From: Candidatus Caenarcanum bioreactoricola
Lineage (GTDB): Bacteria; Cyanobacteriota; Vampirovibrionia; Caenarcaniphilales; Caenarcanaceae
Length of the DNA: 60,964 nt
Assembly (NCBI GenBank): GCA_001899385.1
Contig: MOYB01000001.1
Location: forward strand, 124,173-185,136
Direction: 5' to 3'
Shown here: in pieces, positions 17,688 through 26,340 of the stretch
Layout: the number at the start of each line of letters is the position of its first letter
Numbering within the stretch: position 1 is the first letter of the stretch
Position numbers and translations under genes: made by a program
Notes under the pieces: model-generated
Database searches by the model: none
What the model saw: only the letters and a program-made list of their open reading frames with translations
What the model was told of the DNA's origin: nothing

Positions 17688-19286
17688 ATGGCAATGTTTT
17701 GTTATTAATGTGAACAGACTTCTAAGAATTCAGGATGTACTGAAAAAGGAATTTGTGGTAAAAGTGCAGAGACGGCTTTTATTCAAGATTTAATTATAGA
17801 AACAGTAAAAAGAATTTCTTGTTATTATTATAAGCTTAGATTAGAAAGTTATAAAAATAGAAAAATAGATATTCTTTGTGTTAAAGCAGTATTTGCAACA
17901 TTAACAAATGTAAATTTTGATGTAGATAAGCTTAACGAAATACTTTTAAAATTATATGATGCAGAAAGCGAAATGAAATCAGAATATGAAAAGATTTTTC
18001 CAAAAGAGAAACAAGATCTTAAAATTTCTATAAATAAAGATACATTACCTATAAAAAATAGAATTGAACATTTTGGAGCAACTATAGCAGGATTGCAAGA
18101 ATTAATTCTTTATGGATTAAAAGGTATTTGTGCTTATGTTGATCATGCAATGATTTTAGGATATGAAGATGAAGAAATCTTTGATTCAATACAAGAAACT
18201 CTTTATTTTTTAAGTAAAGAAAGTAATAATTTAGATGAATTATTTTCATATGCTTTGAAGTGCGGACAAATTAATTTAAAAGTAATGGAACTTTTAGATA
18301 AAGCACATACTGAAACATATAAACATCCTGAAGCTGTGAAAGTTCGAACTACTCCAGTAAAAGGTAAAGCAATAGTTGTGTCAGGACACGATTTAAAAGA
18401 TTTAGAAGAATTATTAAAACAAACTCAAAATCTTAATATTAATATTTATACTCATGGAGAAATGCTTCCTGCTCATGCTTATCCTGAATTAAATAAGTAT
18501 AAGCATTTAAAAGGTCATTATGGGACTGCTTGGCAGAATCAAATAAAAGAATTCAATGAATTCCCCGGTGCAATTTTAATGACCACAAATTGTATACAAG
18601 AACCTAAGGGTTATTCTGAAAGAATTTTCACAAAAGGGGTTGTAGGATATAAAGAAGTAACTCATATAGAAAATATGGATTATAAAAAACTTATAGATTG
18701 TGCATTAGCATGTAAAGGATTTGAAGAAGATGCAGAAGAAAAATATATAACAACAGGTTTTGGGAGGAATGAAGTACTTAAGCATGCAGAAAAGATAATA
18801 AGTGCAGTGAAAGCAGGCAAGATAAGACATTTCTTTCTTGTAGGTGGTTGTGATGGTGCAAAACTTGGAAGGAATTATTATACTGATCTTGCAAAAGCAA
18901 TTCCTAAAGATTGTATTATTTTGACACTTGCTTGTGGAAAATTTAGATTTAATAATCTTGAATTTGGTGATATAGATGGTATTCCAAGATTATTAGACTT
19001 AGGACAATGTAATGATGCTTATTCTGCAGTAAAAATAGTACTTGCTTTAGCAGAAGCATTTAATACAGATGTTAATAACCTGCCTTTATCTCTTATACTT
19101 TCTTGGTATGAGCAGAAAGCAGTTTCTATATTATTGAGTTTATTATATTTAGATATAAAAAATATAAGATTAGGTCCTAGTTTACCTGCATTTATAACAA
19201 CAGAAGTATTAGAAGTTTTAGTTAATAAATTTCAAATAAAAGCAATTACAACTCCTGAAAAAGATTTACAAGAAATTTTAGGATAA
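17688..19286 (+). pseudogene. hcp: Hybrid-cluster protein / hydroxylamine reductase Hcp, interrupted by an in-frame TAA at codon 7
   Basis: The frame reads MAMFCY*CEQTSKNSGCTEKGICGK..., matching the canonical MFC.QCEQT...GC...G.CGK N-terminus. The rest is intact (VSGHDLKDLEELL, YTHGEMLPAHAYPELNKYKHL, GTAWQNQ, MTTNCI). TAA at 17706..17708. The ORF track only reports from the internal Met at 17973. Confidence 0.8.
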
Positions 19287-19311
19287 AATTAAAAAATAAT
19301 AAACCAAATAA

Positions 19312-19355
19312 AAAAACCTCCTTTTTCTTCATATAAAAAGAATTAGGAGGTTTTT
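19312..19355. terminator. Bidirectional Rho-independent terminator candidate
   Basis: AAAAACCTCC ... GGAGGTTTTT, a 10-bp stem around an AT-rich 24-nt loop, flanked by A and T runs. Lies between the convergent hcp and the small ORF 19402..19572. Confidence 0.5.
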
Positions 19356-19401
19356 AATTAAAAATCTAGATGTTAAAAATTTGTAAAAAAGCTTATTTTA
19401 T

Positions 19402-19572
19402 TCAACTAAATATCTTTGGCATAGTTTCAACTGATCTATTATTATGTATAGGAATTCTTTTTTGTTCTCCTATATTTCTAAAATGCAACTCACTACCATG
19501 ATGTATCTTTTTCCAACGTTGTGAATATATTTTTGGCAAAATTGATGAAACCATACCTATACTGTTAACCAT
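19402..19572 (-). CDS. Small hypothetical protein (56 aa), absent from the ORF track
   Basis: ATG preceded by GGGAGG with an 8-nt spacer. MVNSIGMVSSILPKIYSQRWKKIHHGSELHFRNIGEQKRIPIHNNRSVETMPKIFS, TGA stop. Confidence 0.4.
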   Translation of the reverse strand: MVNSIGMVSSILPKIYSQRWKKIHHGSELHFRNIGEQKRIPIHNNRSVETMPKIFS

Positions 19573-19883
19573 ATAAATACCTCCCTATATCGTTTCTTAA
19601 GTAAATAACCCTATATCTCTTTAGTTTTATTAATCTTTTTAAAAATCTTTTTATCTAATTTGGTATTTAAGTAATAGTTTACCACATTCTTTAGTTTTTT
19701 TTAAAATTTCTAAAAAGATTTAATAAATCATTCGATAATATCAAGTTTAACTCCTAAGGTTACAAAAATCTAGATTTTTATTTTAGATTTTTAAGAAGAA
19801 TTTAGAATAATATAAAACCTTGTTAATTTAGATTTTGTATAGCTTTTTACATTTTATTAATCTTATTTTTTAAAATTAATTTA

Positions 19884-19892
19884 TGTTATAAT
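19884..19892 (+). promoter_or_regulatory. Candidate extended -10 promoter (TGTTATAAT) for rnj
   Basis: TGnTATAAT about 95 nt upstream of the rnj ATG. It would give a roughly 85-nt leader containing the TCTCAAAATTGAGA hairpin and the AATCTAGTAGATT palindrome. Confidence 0.35.
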
Positions 19893-19986
19893 ATCAATGT
19901 TTTAAATCTCAAAATTGAGAAAAGTTTTCCGAAATCTAGTAGATTCTATCGAACGATTGAGGTTGTAAAATACTAAAATAAATTTC

Positions 19987-21732
19987 ATGAATAAATTAAA
20001 TTCTGTTAATAATATAATTCCTAAACTTATAAATAAAGAAGCAAATCAAAAACTAGAAATAATGTGTTTAGGAGGCTTAGGTGAAATAGGAAAAAATACT
20101 TGGGTTGTAAAGTGCAAAGAACAAATTCTTTTAATAGATGCTGGATTAGGCTTCCCTAATGAATCAATGCCCGGTGTAGATATTGTTTTCCCAGATCTTA
20201 GTTATTTACAAGAAAATCGTGAAAAAATTTTAGGGCTTGTAATAACTCATGGACATGAAGATCATATTGGTGGCGTTGTTAATATGATAAAAAACATAGA
20301 TGTACCAATAATTTATGGAGCACCACTTTCAATCGGCTTAATAGAATTAAAATTAAAAGAACATGGATTATTGCAAAAAGCTACTATAAAAAGAATAAAA
20401 GCAAGAGAAACTGTTCAGTTAGGAGATTTTGCTGTTACTTTTTGTAGAAATAATCATTCTATTCCAGATTCTTTTGGACTTATAATACAAACACCTATAG
20501 GTACTATTGCACATTCAGGAGATTTTAAATTTGATAATACTCCTGTAGATAATGAACTTTTTGATATTGCAGCTTTTGCAGAAGCAGGGAAACAAGGTAT
20601 TGAATTATTGGTCTCTGATTCAACAAATGCAGAAAAAGAAGGTTATACAGCTTCAGAAAGATATGTTTATTCAAATATAGAAAAAGTTTTTGTTCATGCA
20701 AAAAAAAGAATTTTTATAACTACTTTTGCTTCTCAAGTTCATAGAATTAAACAAATACTTGAATTAGCACAAGCCTATGGTAAAAAAATTGCTATTTTAG
20801 GTAGATCTATGCTTAATATAGCTTTGATTTCCAGACAATTAGGCTATATGACATTTCCAGACGGCTTAATTATAAGAGCAGAAGAAGTTTCTAATCATCC
20901 TTTAAATAAAATAGTTATATTAACTACAGGAAGTCAAGGAGAGCCTTTGTCAGCTTTAACTAGAATCGCGAATGGAAGTCATAAACAAATCTCTATTTTA
21001 CCAGGGGACACTGTTATAATAAGTGCTACACCTATACCAGGCAACGAAAGATCTGTAGCTTCTGTAATTAATGCTTTGTTTTCAAAAGGTGCAAATGTAG
21101 TTTATGGTAAAGAATCAGGGGTACATGTATCTGGACATGCAAGCAAAGAAGATCAAAAAATACTTTTAAACCTTACTAAGCCTAAATTCTTTATGCCTGC
21201 GCATGGTGAATATAAAATGCTTGTTGAACATGGTGAAACAGCAAAGAAAATTTTAAAAATTAATGATAATAATGTTTTTATTATGAATAATGGAGATGTA
21301 TTAGAACTTTCAACAGATAAAGATAAAAATACTTCTGCACGTATTAATGGAAAAATAAATGTAGGAGTTATTATGATAGATTCAAATAATCATAGTTTTG
21401 GGATAAGAGAAGAAGTAGTTTTAGATAGGCATAAAATGTCTAAACAAGGAATAATAAGTCTTGTAATGTCTATTGATGAGAAAGAAATACTTTGTGGTCC
21501 TGAACTTATATTAAAAGGTGTTATTTTCTCAAATAATGATCAACAGAAATGTTTGGAAGAACTTACAATGAGTGTAAGAGAAGTTATTTTTGAAAAATGG
21601 AAAAATATAAAAAATAAAACTATTAATGAAATAGAAGAAGATTTAAAAAATATTTTAAAAGATTGTTGTAGTAATGAACTTAAGAAAATTCCAGTCCAAA
21701 TTATGATACTTAAAGCTGAAAATAATAAATAA
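19987..21732 (+). CDS. rnj: Ribonuclease J
   Basis: LGGLGEIGKNTWVV, metallo-beta-lactamase HGHEDHIGG, beta-CASP region, SGHASKEDQ, PAHGEY. 581 aa. Confidence 0.9.
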   Translation: MNKLNSVNNIIPKLINKEANQKLEIMCLGGLGEIGKNTWVVKCKEQILLIDAGLGFPNESMPGVDIVFPDLSYLQENREKILGLVITHGHEDHIGGVVNMIKNIDVPIIYGAPLSIGLIELKLKEHGLLQKATIKRIKARETVQLGDFAVTFCRNNHSIPDSFGLIIQTPIGTIAHSGDFKFDNTPVDNELFDIAAFAEAGKQGIELLVSDSTNAEKEGYTASERYVYSNIEKVFVHAKKRIFITTFASQVHRIKQILELAQAYGKKIAILGRSMLNIALISRQLGYMTFPDGLIIRAEEVSNHPLNKIVILTTGSQGEPLSALTRIANGSHKQISILPGDTVIISATPIPGNERSVASVINALFSKGANVVYGKESGVHVSGHASKEDQKILLNLTKPKFFMPAHGEYKMLVEHGETAKKILKINDNNVFIMNNGDVLELSTDKDKNTSARINGKINVGVIMIDSNNHSFGIREEVVLDRHKMSKQGIISLVMSIDEKEILCGPELILKGVIFSNNDQQKCLEELTMSVREVIFEKWKNIKNKTINEIEEDLKNILKDCCSNELKKIPVQIMILKAENNK

Positions 21733-21836
21733 TTAATTCTCTTTCCTTAATTTTATTTAATTATACTCGCTTTTTTATATTTACAGTATTACATATTTGT
21801 TATTATATAAGTATAGACAATAAGGTTTATAATTTT

Positions 21837-22202
21837 ATGGAAAAGTCACGGAGTTTAGAACTGTTGAATCTTTATTTGAGAGATTGTTCAAATCTCACAG
21901 AGAAACTTTTATACAAGGCTTTATTTCAAAATAAGCTTAGTAAAGAAGAAAATGATCTTGCCAAAGAAATAAGTCATGTTGCAAATGTTATGTCTGCAAT
22001 TTATTTTTACAGACAAGAAAAAGATTTAGAAAAAGTCTTAGAAAAGATTCCTGATGAACAAAAAAAAGTTATGGAAGCAACTTTTAGAATAATCTGGAAA
22101 CATCTTCAAAGAATGTCTGATAATGAATTAGCTGATCTTGCAATAGAAACTATTCAAACTTGTACTGATCTTTCTGAAAAAATATATAGTACTATTTTAT
22201 AA
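21837..22202 (+). CDS. Hypothetical helical protein
   Basis: 121-aa ORF, no recognised motif. Confidence 0.4.
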   Translation: MEKSRSLELLNLYLRDCSNLTEKLLYKALFQNKLSKEENDLAKEISHVANVMSAIYFYRQEKDLEKVLEKIPDEQKKVMEATFRIIWKHLQRMSDNELADLAIETIQTCTDLSEKIYSTIL

Positions 22203-22241
22203 ATTGTGGAAAGAATATATTAAAGTTAATTTTTAATTATT

Positions 22242-22538
22242 TTGAATTTAAACTTTCCTAATTTATCTAATTTTGAACAAAAAATCTATTCTAAAATAAA
22301 TAGAGTAGAAGAATCTTCAGATATGAAATCTGTTTTTAATTTATTTATGAACAAATTATCTGATGAAATAAAAGCTCCATATAATATTGCAACAGAAATG
22401 AGCTCTGGGAAAAAAGAATTTGATTCTACAGAACTTATAATGTCTATTATAGAAGCAGAAAGTAAATTAAAAACAAGTATAAGAGTCATTAATGATTTAA
22501 CTAAAGGAATACAAGAATTAACTAGAATACAAGTTTAA
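22242..22538 (+). CDS. fliE: Flagellar hook-basal body complex protein FliE
   Basis: 98 aa. C-terminal pattern ELIMSIIEAESKLKTSIRVINDLTKGIQELTRIQV matches the FliE consensus ending (..EKA...vRNK...AYqEimrMqv). TTG start. Confidence 0.6.
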   Translation: MNLNFPNLSNFEQKIYSKINRVEESSDMKSVFNLFMNKLSDEIKAPYNIATEMSSGKKEFDSTELIMSIIEAESKLKTSIRVINDLTKGIQELTRIQV

Positions 22539-22585
22539 TTACTTTTAAATATCAGTTATACTAATATTTCTAAAGGGTAAAATAA

Positions 22586-23128
22586 ATGACTTCACTTCTA
22601 TCAATAAAATCAATAGATGATATACCCATAGAATATCAAAATACACCTATTGGGCAACTTCTAGAATATCATAATTTGGATAGACCTTTTGATAATTATC
22701 AAACTGCACAAATATTAATTGGTATGTGCATGGATGAAAGAAAACATTTACATATACCTGATAATTTTGCTTTTATTATTCGGACTGGTGGTGCAAATCT
22801 AAGATATAGTGAATTTAAAGTATCTTATGCTATCTCTATCGGAGAAGTAAAACATATTGTACTTATTGGACATAATAATTGTGGTATGGTAAATCTTGCT
22901 GCCTGTAAAACACAATTTATTGAAGGACTTATAAAAACAGCTGGCTGGAATAGAGAACAAGCAGAAGATCATTTTTGTCATTTTGCTCCAATGTTTGAAA
23001 TTGGAAATGAAATAGATTTTATTTTAAGTGAAACAAAAAGGCTTCGACTTCGTTATCCTAAAATCAAAATCGCGCCTTTGTTTTATTTACTTGAAGAAAA
23101 TAAGCTCTATTTGATAAAAGAAAATTAA
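22586..23128 (+). CDS. Beta-class carbonic anhydrase-like protein
   Basis: CMDER (CxDxR) and GHNNCG (HxxCG) zinc-ligand motifs at the expected spacing. 180 aa. Confidence 0.55.
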   Translation: MTSLLSIKSIDDIPIEYQNTPIGQLLEYHNLDRPFDNYQTAQILIGMCMDERKHLHIPDNFAFIIRTGGANLRYSEFKVSYAISIGEVKHIVLIGHNNCGMVNLAACKTQFIEGLIKTAGWNREQAEDHFCHFAPMFEIGNEIDFILSETKRLRLRYPKIKIAPLFYLLEENKLYLIKEN

Positions 23129-23131
23129 AGC

Positions 23132-23467
23132 TTATTCTTCTGCTTTATAAGTAATTCTAGAAACAGGCTGTATCTGCTGTCCATTTTTATTAGAAGGCTG
23201 ATCTACTATATTTACAAAACCTTTCATAGTACATTTAGCTTCTTTTCCACTAGAACAAGCTATTGCATCATCTGGAGTTTTTCCATAAAAAATTCTATTA
23301 TTTGGTAATTGAATATAAACATCTGATACCTTTTCTTCATTAACCTTAATAAGATCATCCCAAGTAATATATTCCTTTTTATTTTCTAAATATTTTATTT
23401 GTCTATTTTTTACTGTTGCTAAAGTATTGCCATCATTATTAATTATAATTCCATAATCTCCTACCAT
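23132..23467 (-). CDS. Hypothetical protein
   Basis: 111-aa ORF, no recognised motif. Confidence 0.4.
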   Translation of the reverse strand: MVGDYGIIINNDGNTLATVKNRQIKYLENKKEYITWDDLIKVNEEKVSDVYIQLPNNRIFYGKTPDDAIACSSGKEAKCTMKGFVNIVDQPSNKNGQQIQPVSRITYKAEE

Positions 23468-23570
23468 ATTAATTTATCTCCTTAAAAAAATTAAACTCTA
23501 ACAAATATATAAATACAAGAAAATTAAAAATAGATTATTATTTTTTAAATGGGAATATTAAATAAATGCA

Positions 23571-24746
23571 ATGATCTCTAGCATAATAAAAACCTTGGGA
23601 ATAAAAAATACAAAATCCCTTTTAAATCAGGAATTCAAACAAGTTGATTTTATAAAACTTAAAGAATTGAATCCTAATAAATTATTTGAAAAATTCTTTG
23701 AAAGAAAATTTAAAAGTAGTTTGTTATCTGTAGCGGAAGAAATACAAACTAATGAAGATGCTTGGAAAGGAATTTTTATTGCTTCTGATTTCTGCTCTTT
23801 AAGGTTAGATCGTGATCTTGTAGAATTTCTTTTAAAAACAACTTTAGGTGAAAGTTCTAATGAAGAAAATTTCTCTTGTAATAAATTAACTGAAATAGAA
23901 AGAGAAATACTTGAAGAAGTACTTTTTGAAATTATAGAAAATTTTGAAGCTGATTTTGAAACTGTTGAAAAATCTAGTATAAATCCTAAAAATATAAGTT
24001 TAATTTATAAAATAGAAAAAGGGAAATTAGCTTTTTCTTTTCCACAAGAGTTTTTAAAATATTATTTCTTTGAAGAAGATTCTACTTTTCCTATTGAAAG
24101 TTTAAAAGAAATTGTTTTGTTTATGAATCTTTGTTTAGGTAGAACAAAAGCAAGTCTAAGTGAACTAAGTAATCTTGAAATTGGTGATTTATTAATACTT
24201 GAAAACAGTAATATTGATTTTAGTGAAATTTCGGGCATAAAAGATTTAGTTAAAATAGATTTTAAAACTTTGAAAAGATTCAATGTTTCAGATGAAATAA
24301 AAGATAGGATAAATAAAATGCAAGATAAAAATGCTTTAGGTGATTTTCAAATTGAAGTAAAAGCTGAATTTAGAGATATAAAGATGAGATTAAATGAACT
24401 TACAGCTTTACAAAATGGTCAAATATTAGATATTAGTGATCTTATTGAAAATCAGATTTTTCTTGTATCTCAAGATAAAACTGTTGCAAAAGGACAATTA
24501 GTTATTGTAAATGATAAATTTGGGGTATTAATTGAAGAAATCTTTCTTAATAATCCAACAAAAACAAAAAAAGAAAATATATTTATAAAACCTTCAAATA
24601 TTAAAACTAAAACTAATAAAGAAACTATTAATGATGATATGTTTGATGATAACGAAAATCAAGAAAAATCAGAGGATTTAGAAGAAGATGAAGACAATGA
24701 ATTACAAAAAAATAAAACTTTAACAAAAGACGAAGATGATTTTTAA
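23571..24746 (+). CDS. Flagellar C-ring/switch protein of the FliM/FliN (SpoA) family with two SpoA-like segments and an acidic tail
   Basis: LCLGRTKASLSELSNLEIGDLLILE (FliM-type SpoA). IEVKAEFRDIKMRLNELTALQNGQILDISD...VSQDKTVAKGQLVIVNDKFGVLIEEI (FliN-type SpoA). Asp/Glu-rich C-terminal 50 aa. Confidence 0.55.
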   Translation: MISSIIKTLGIKNTKSLLNQEFKQVDFIKLKELNPNKLFEKFFERKFKSSLLSVAEEIQTNEDAWKGIFIASDFCSLRLDRDLVEFLLKTTLGESSNEENFSCNKLTEIEREILEEVLFEIIENFEADFETVEKSSINPKNISLIYKIEKGKLAFSFPQEFLKYYFFEEDSTFPIESLKEIVLFMNLCLGRTKASLSELSNLEIGDLLILENSNIDFSEISGIKDLVKIDFKTLKRFNVSDEIKDRINKMQDKNALGDFQIEVKAEFRDIKMRLNELTALQNGQILDISDLIENQIFLVSQDKTVAKGQLVIVNDKFGVLIEEIFLNNPTKTKKENIFIKPSNIKTKTNKETINDDMFDDNENQEKSEDLEEDEDNELQKNKTLTKDEDDF

Positions 24747-25200
24747 AGCTCTTATAATTAATTTAATTATTAATAGTTTTTTTTCTTTTACGTTAGTAGG
24801 ACCTTTATTTAATAGTATTGGTGGTTTTATTGCTTGTTATTTTTTGCAAAAGAAAGCACCCCAAGCTGTTAAAGGAGAATTTATATCTTTGTTTTTTTCT
24901 CTTGTAAATGCTTTAGTATGTTCTTATTTATTTCTTATATGTCTTTATTTTTCATTGAAATTTAATTCTGAAGTATCATGGCTTAATTTTGAGGGCTTAC
25001 AAGAAACATTTTATAATTCTTATAATTTTAAATTAATTCTTTTTTTATCAATAGGTTTTATAAGCTTTATTATGAATTTTATAGGTTGTAAAATCTCTTT
25101 TTATTTAGGTGTAGGAAAAAAAATAGAATCAGAAGAAAAATTAATGTCAAAACTTAATATTGAAGAATTAAATATTTATTTAGAAGAATCTTCGACCTGA
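24736..25200 (+). CDS. Hypothetical integral membrane protein (about 4 TM helices)
   Basis: Hydrophobic 154-aa ORF overlapping the preceding stop by 11 nt. Confidence 0.45.
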   Translation: MIFKALIINLIINSFFSFTLVGPLFNSIGGFIACYFLQKKAPQAVKGEFISLFFSLVNALVCSYLFLICLYFSLKFNSEVSWLNFEGLQETFYNSYNFKLILFLSIGFISFIMNFIGCKISFYLGVGKKIESEEKLMSKLNIEELNIYLEESST

Positions 25201-25488
25201 TGCATAATATTTACCTCTAAGTTTTTGAATTTCTAAATCTAAAAAGATTGAAAGTTCTTCATCTAATTTTAAAAGTTTTTTTGATTGAGATTTAACTTCA
25301 GGCTCTAAATCTTCAAATTCTGCTATTTTTTCAGAACATAAATCTCTTAATTTATCACTTAAAGAATTTCTTTGACTTAATGATTCTTGAAAAGTATTAT
25401 TATTTCTTTTTTTTAAACTATCTAATATATTAAGATTAGCAATTTCTAAGGATTTTAATATTTCTAATAATTGCTTCTGAGAATCCAT
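25180..25488 (-). CDS. Hypothetical coiled-coil protein
   Basis: 102-aa helical ORF. Possibly a flagellar chaperone-like protein, but no diagnostic motif. Confidence 0.35.
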   Translation of the reverse strand: MDSQKQLLEILKSLEIANLNILDSLKKRNNNTFQESLSQRNSLSDKLRDLCSEKIAEFEDLEPEVKSQSKKLLKLDEELSIFLDLEIQKLRGKYYASGRRFF

Positions 25489-25526
25489 ATAATTTATAAA
25501 GTAAATTTAATATAATTATTCCCTGT

Positions 25527-26297
25527 ATGAAAGAAATAATTGAAAAATTTTTAGAATCGAAAAAATATACAAGCTCTTCAAATACTTATAAAGCCTATTT
25601 TAGTGACTTAAAATATTTAGAAAAGCATTTTGATAGTTTAATAGAACTTAATAATTATGATAAACTTCACAAATTAAAAAAATATCTTTCAGAGAAATAT
25701 TCACAAAAAACTATTGCCCGTAAATGGAGTGTTTATAGAGAATTTTTTACTTATTGCCTAAATAAAAAAATAATTAAAGATAATAAAATTCTAAATATAA
25801 GCAATGAATTAGCTAATTATGAAAATAAAATTTCTAAAGAAAAACTAGATCATAAATTACTAGAGCTTATTTGTGATTCTAATCCTATATGGTGGTTTTT
25901 TTATTCAACAGGAGTACGTGTTAAAGAATTTTTACAATATGCTAAACTCAAAAATCTTAATCTTGTAAATAAAGAGTTTATTTTACCTAATAGAAAGACT
26001 TTTTTATGTAGTAAAGCTTTTAATCTACTTCAAAATCATTTAAAAAAAAGAGAAGTTTCTGAATATCTAAATTTAGATTCTGATATATTCACAGATTTTA
26101 AAGGACAAACTTTAACAGAAAATTACTTGTATACCGCATTTATAATAGATTCTAAAAAACTTGGATTGAATTTTAAACTTAAAGATTTAAGAAAATCATT
26201 AATAATAAGATTATTAGAAAATAATGCAAAAGCTGAAGATATAATCTATATGCTTGGATTCAAATCTGAAAAATCTTTAGAAAAATTTCTTACTTAA
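25527..26297 (+). CDS. Tyrosine-recombinase (XerC/D-like) homologue with degenerate catalytic residues
   Basis: N-terminal SAM-like domain (FLESKKYTSSSNTYKAYFSDLKYLEKHF). STGVRVKEF keeps Arg I. The HxLRH box reads DLRKS. The LGH...Y box reads LGFKSEKSLEKFLT and then the protein stops, so Phe sits where the nucleophilic Tyr is expected. Confidence 0.5.
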   Translation: MKEIIEKFLESKKYTSSSNTYKAYFSDLKYLEKHFDSLIELNNYDKLHKLKKYLSEKYSQKTIARKWSVYREFFTYCLNKKIIKDNKILNISNELANYENKISKEKLDHKLLELICDSNPIWWFFYSTGVRVKEFLQYAKLKNLNLVNKEFILPNRKTFLCSKAFNLLQNHLKKREVSEYLNLDSDIFTDFKGQTLTENYLYTAFIIDSKKLGLNFKLKDLRKSLIIRLLENNAKAEDIIYMLGFKSEKSLEKFLT

Positions 26298-26340
26298 ATT
26301 TAGGGTATAAAAATAAATATAGTGTTTTCCCTAATATTTT

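Noticed and set aside
21837-22538. Possible readthrough fusion of ORF 21837..22202 with fliE, which is in the same frame.
   Set aside because: The 39-nt spacer contains two further in-frame TAA codons, so these are separate genes.
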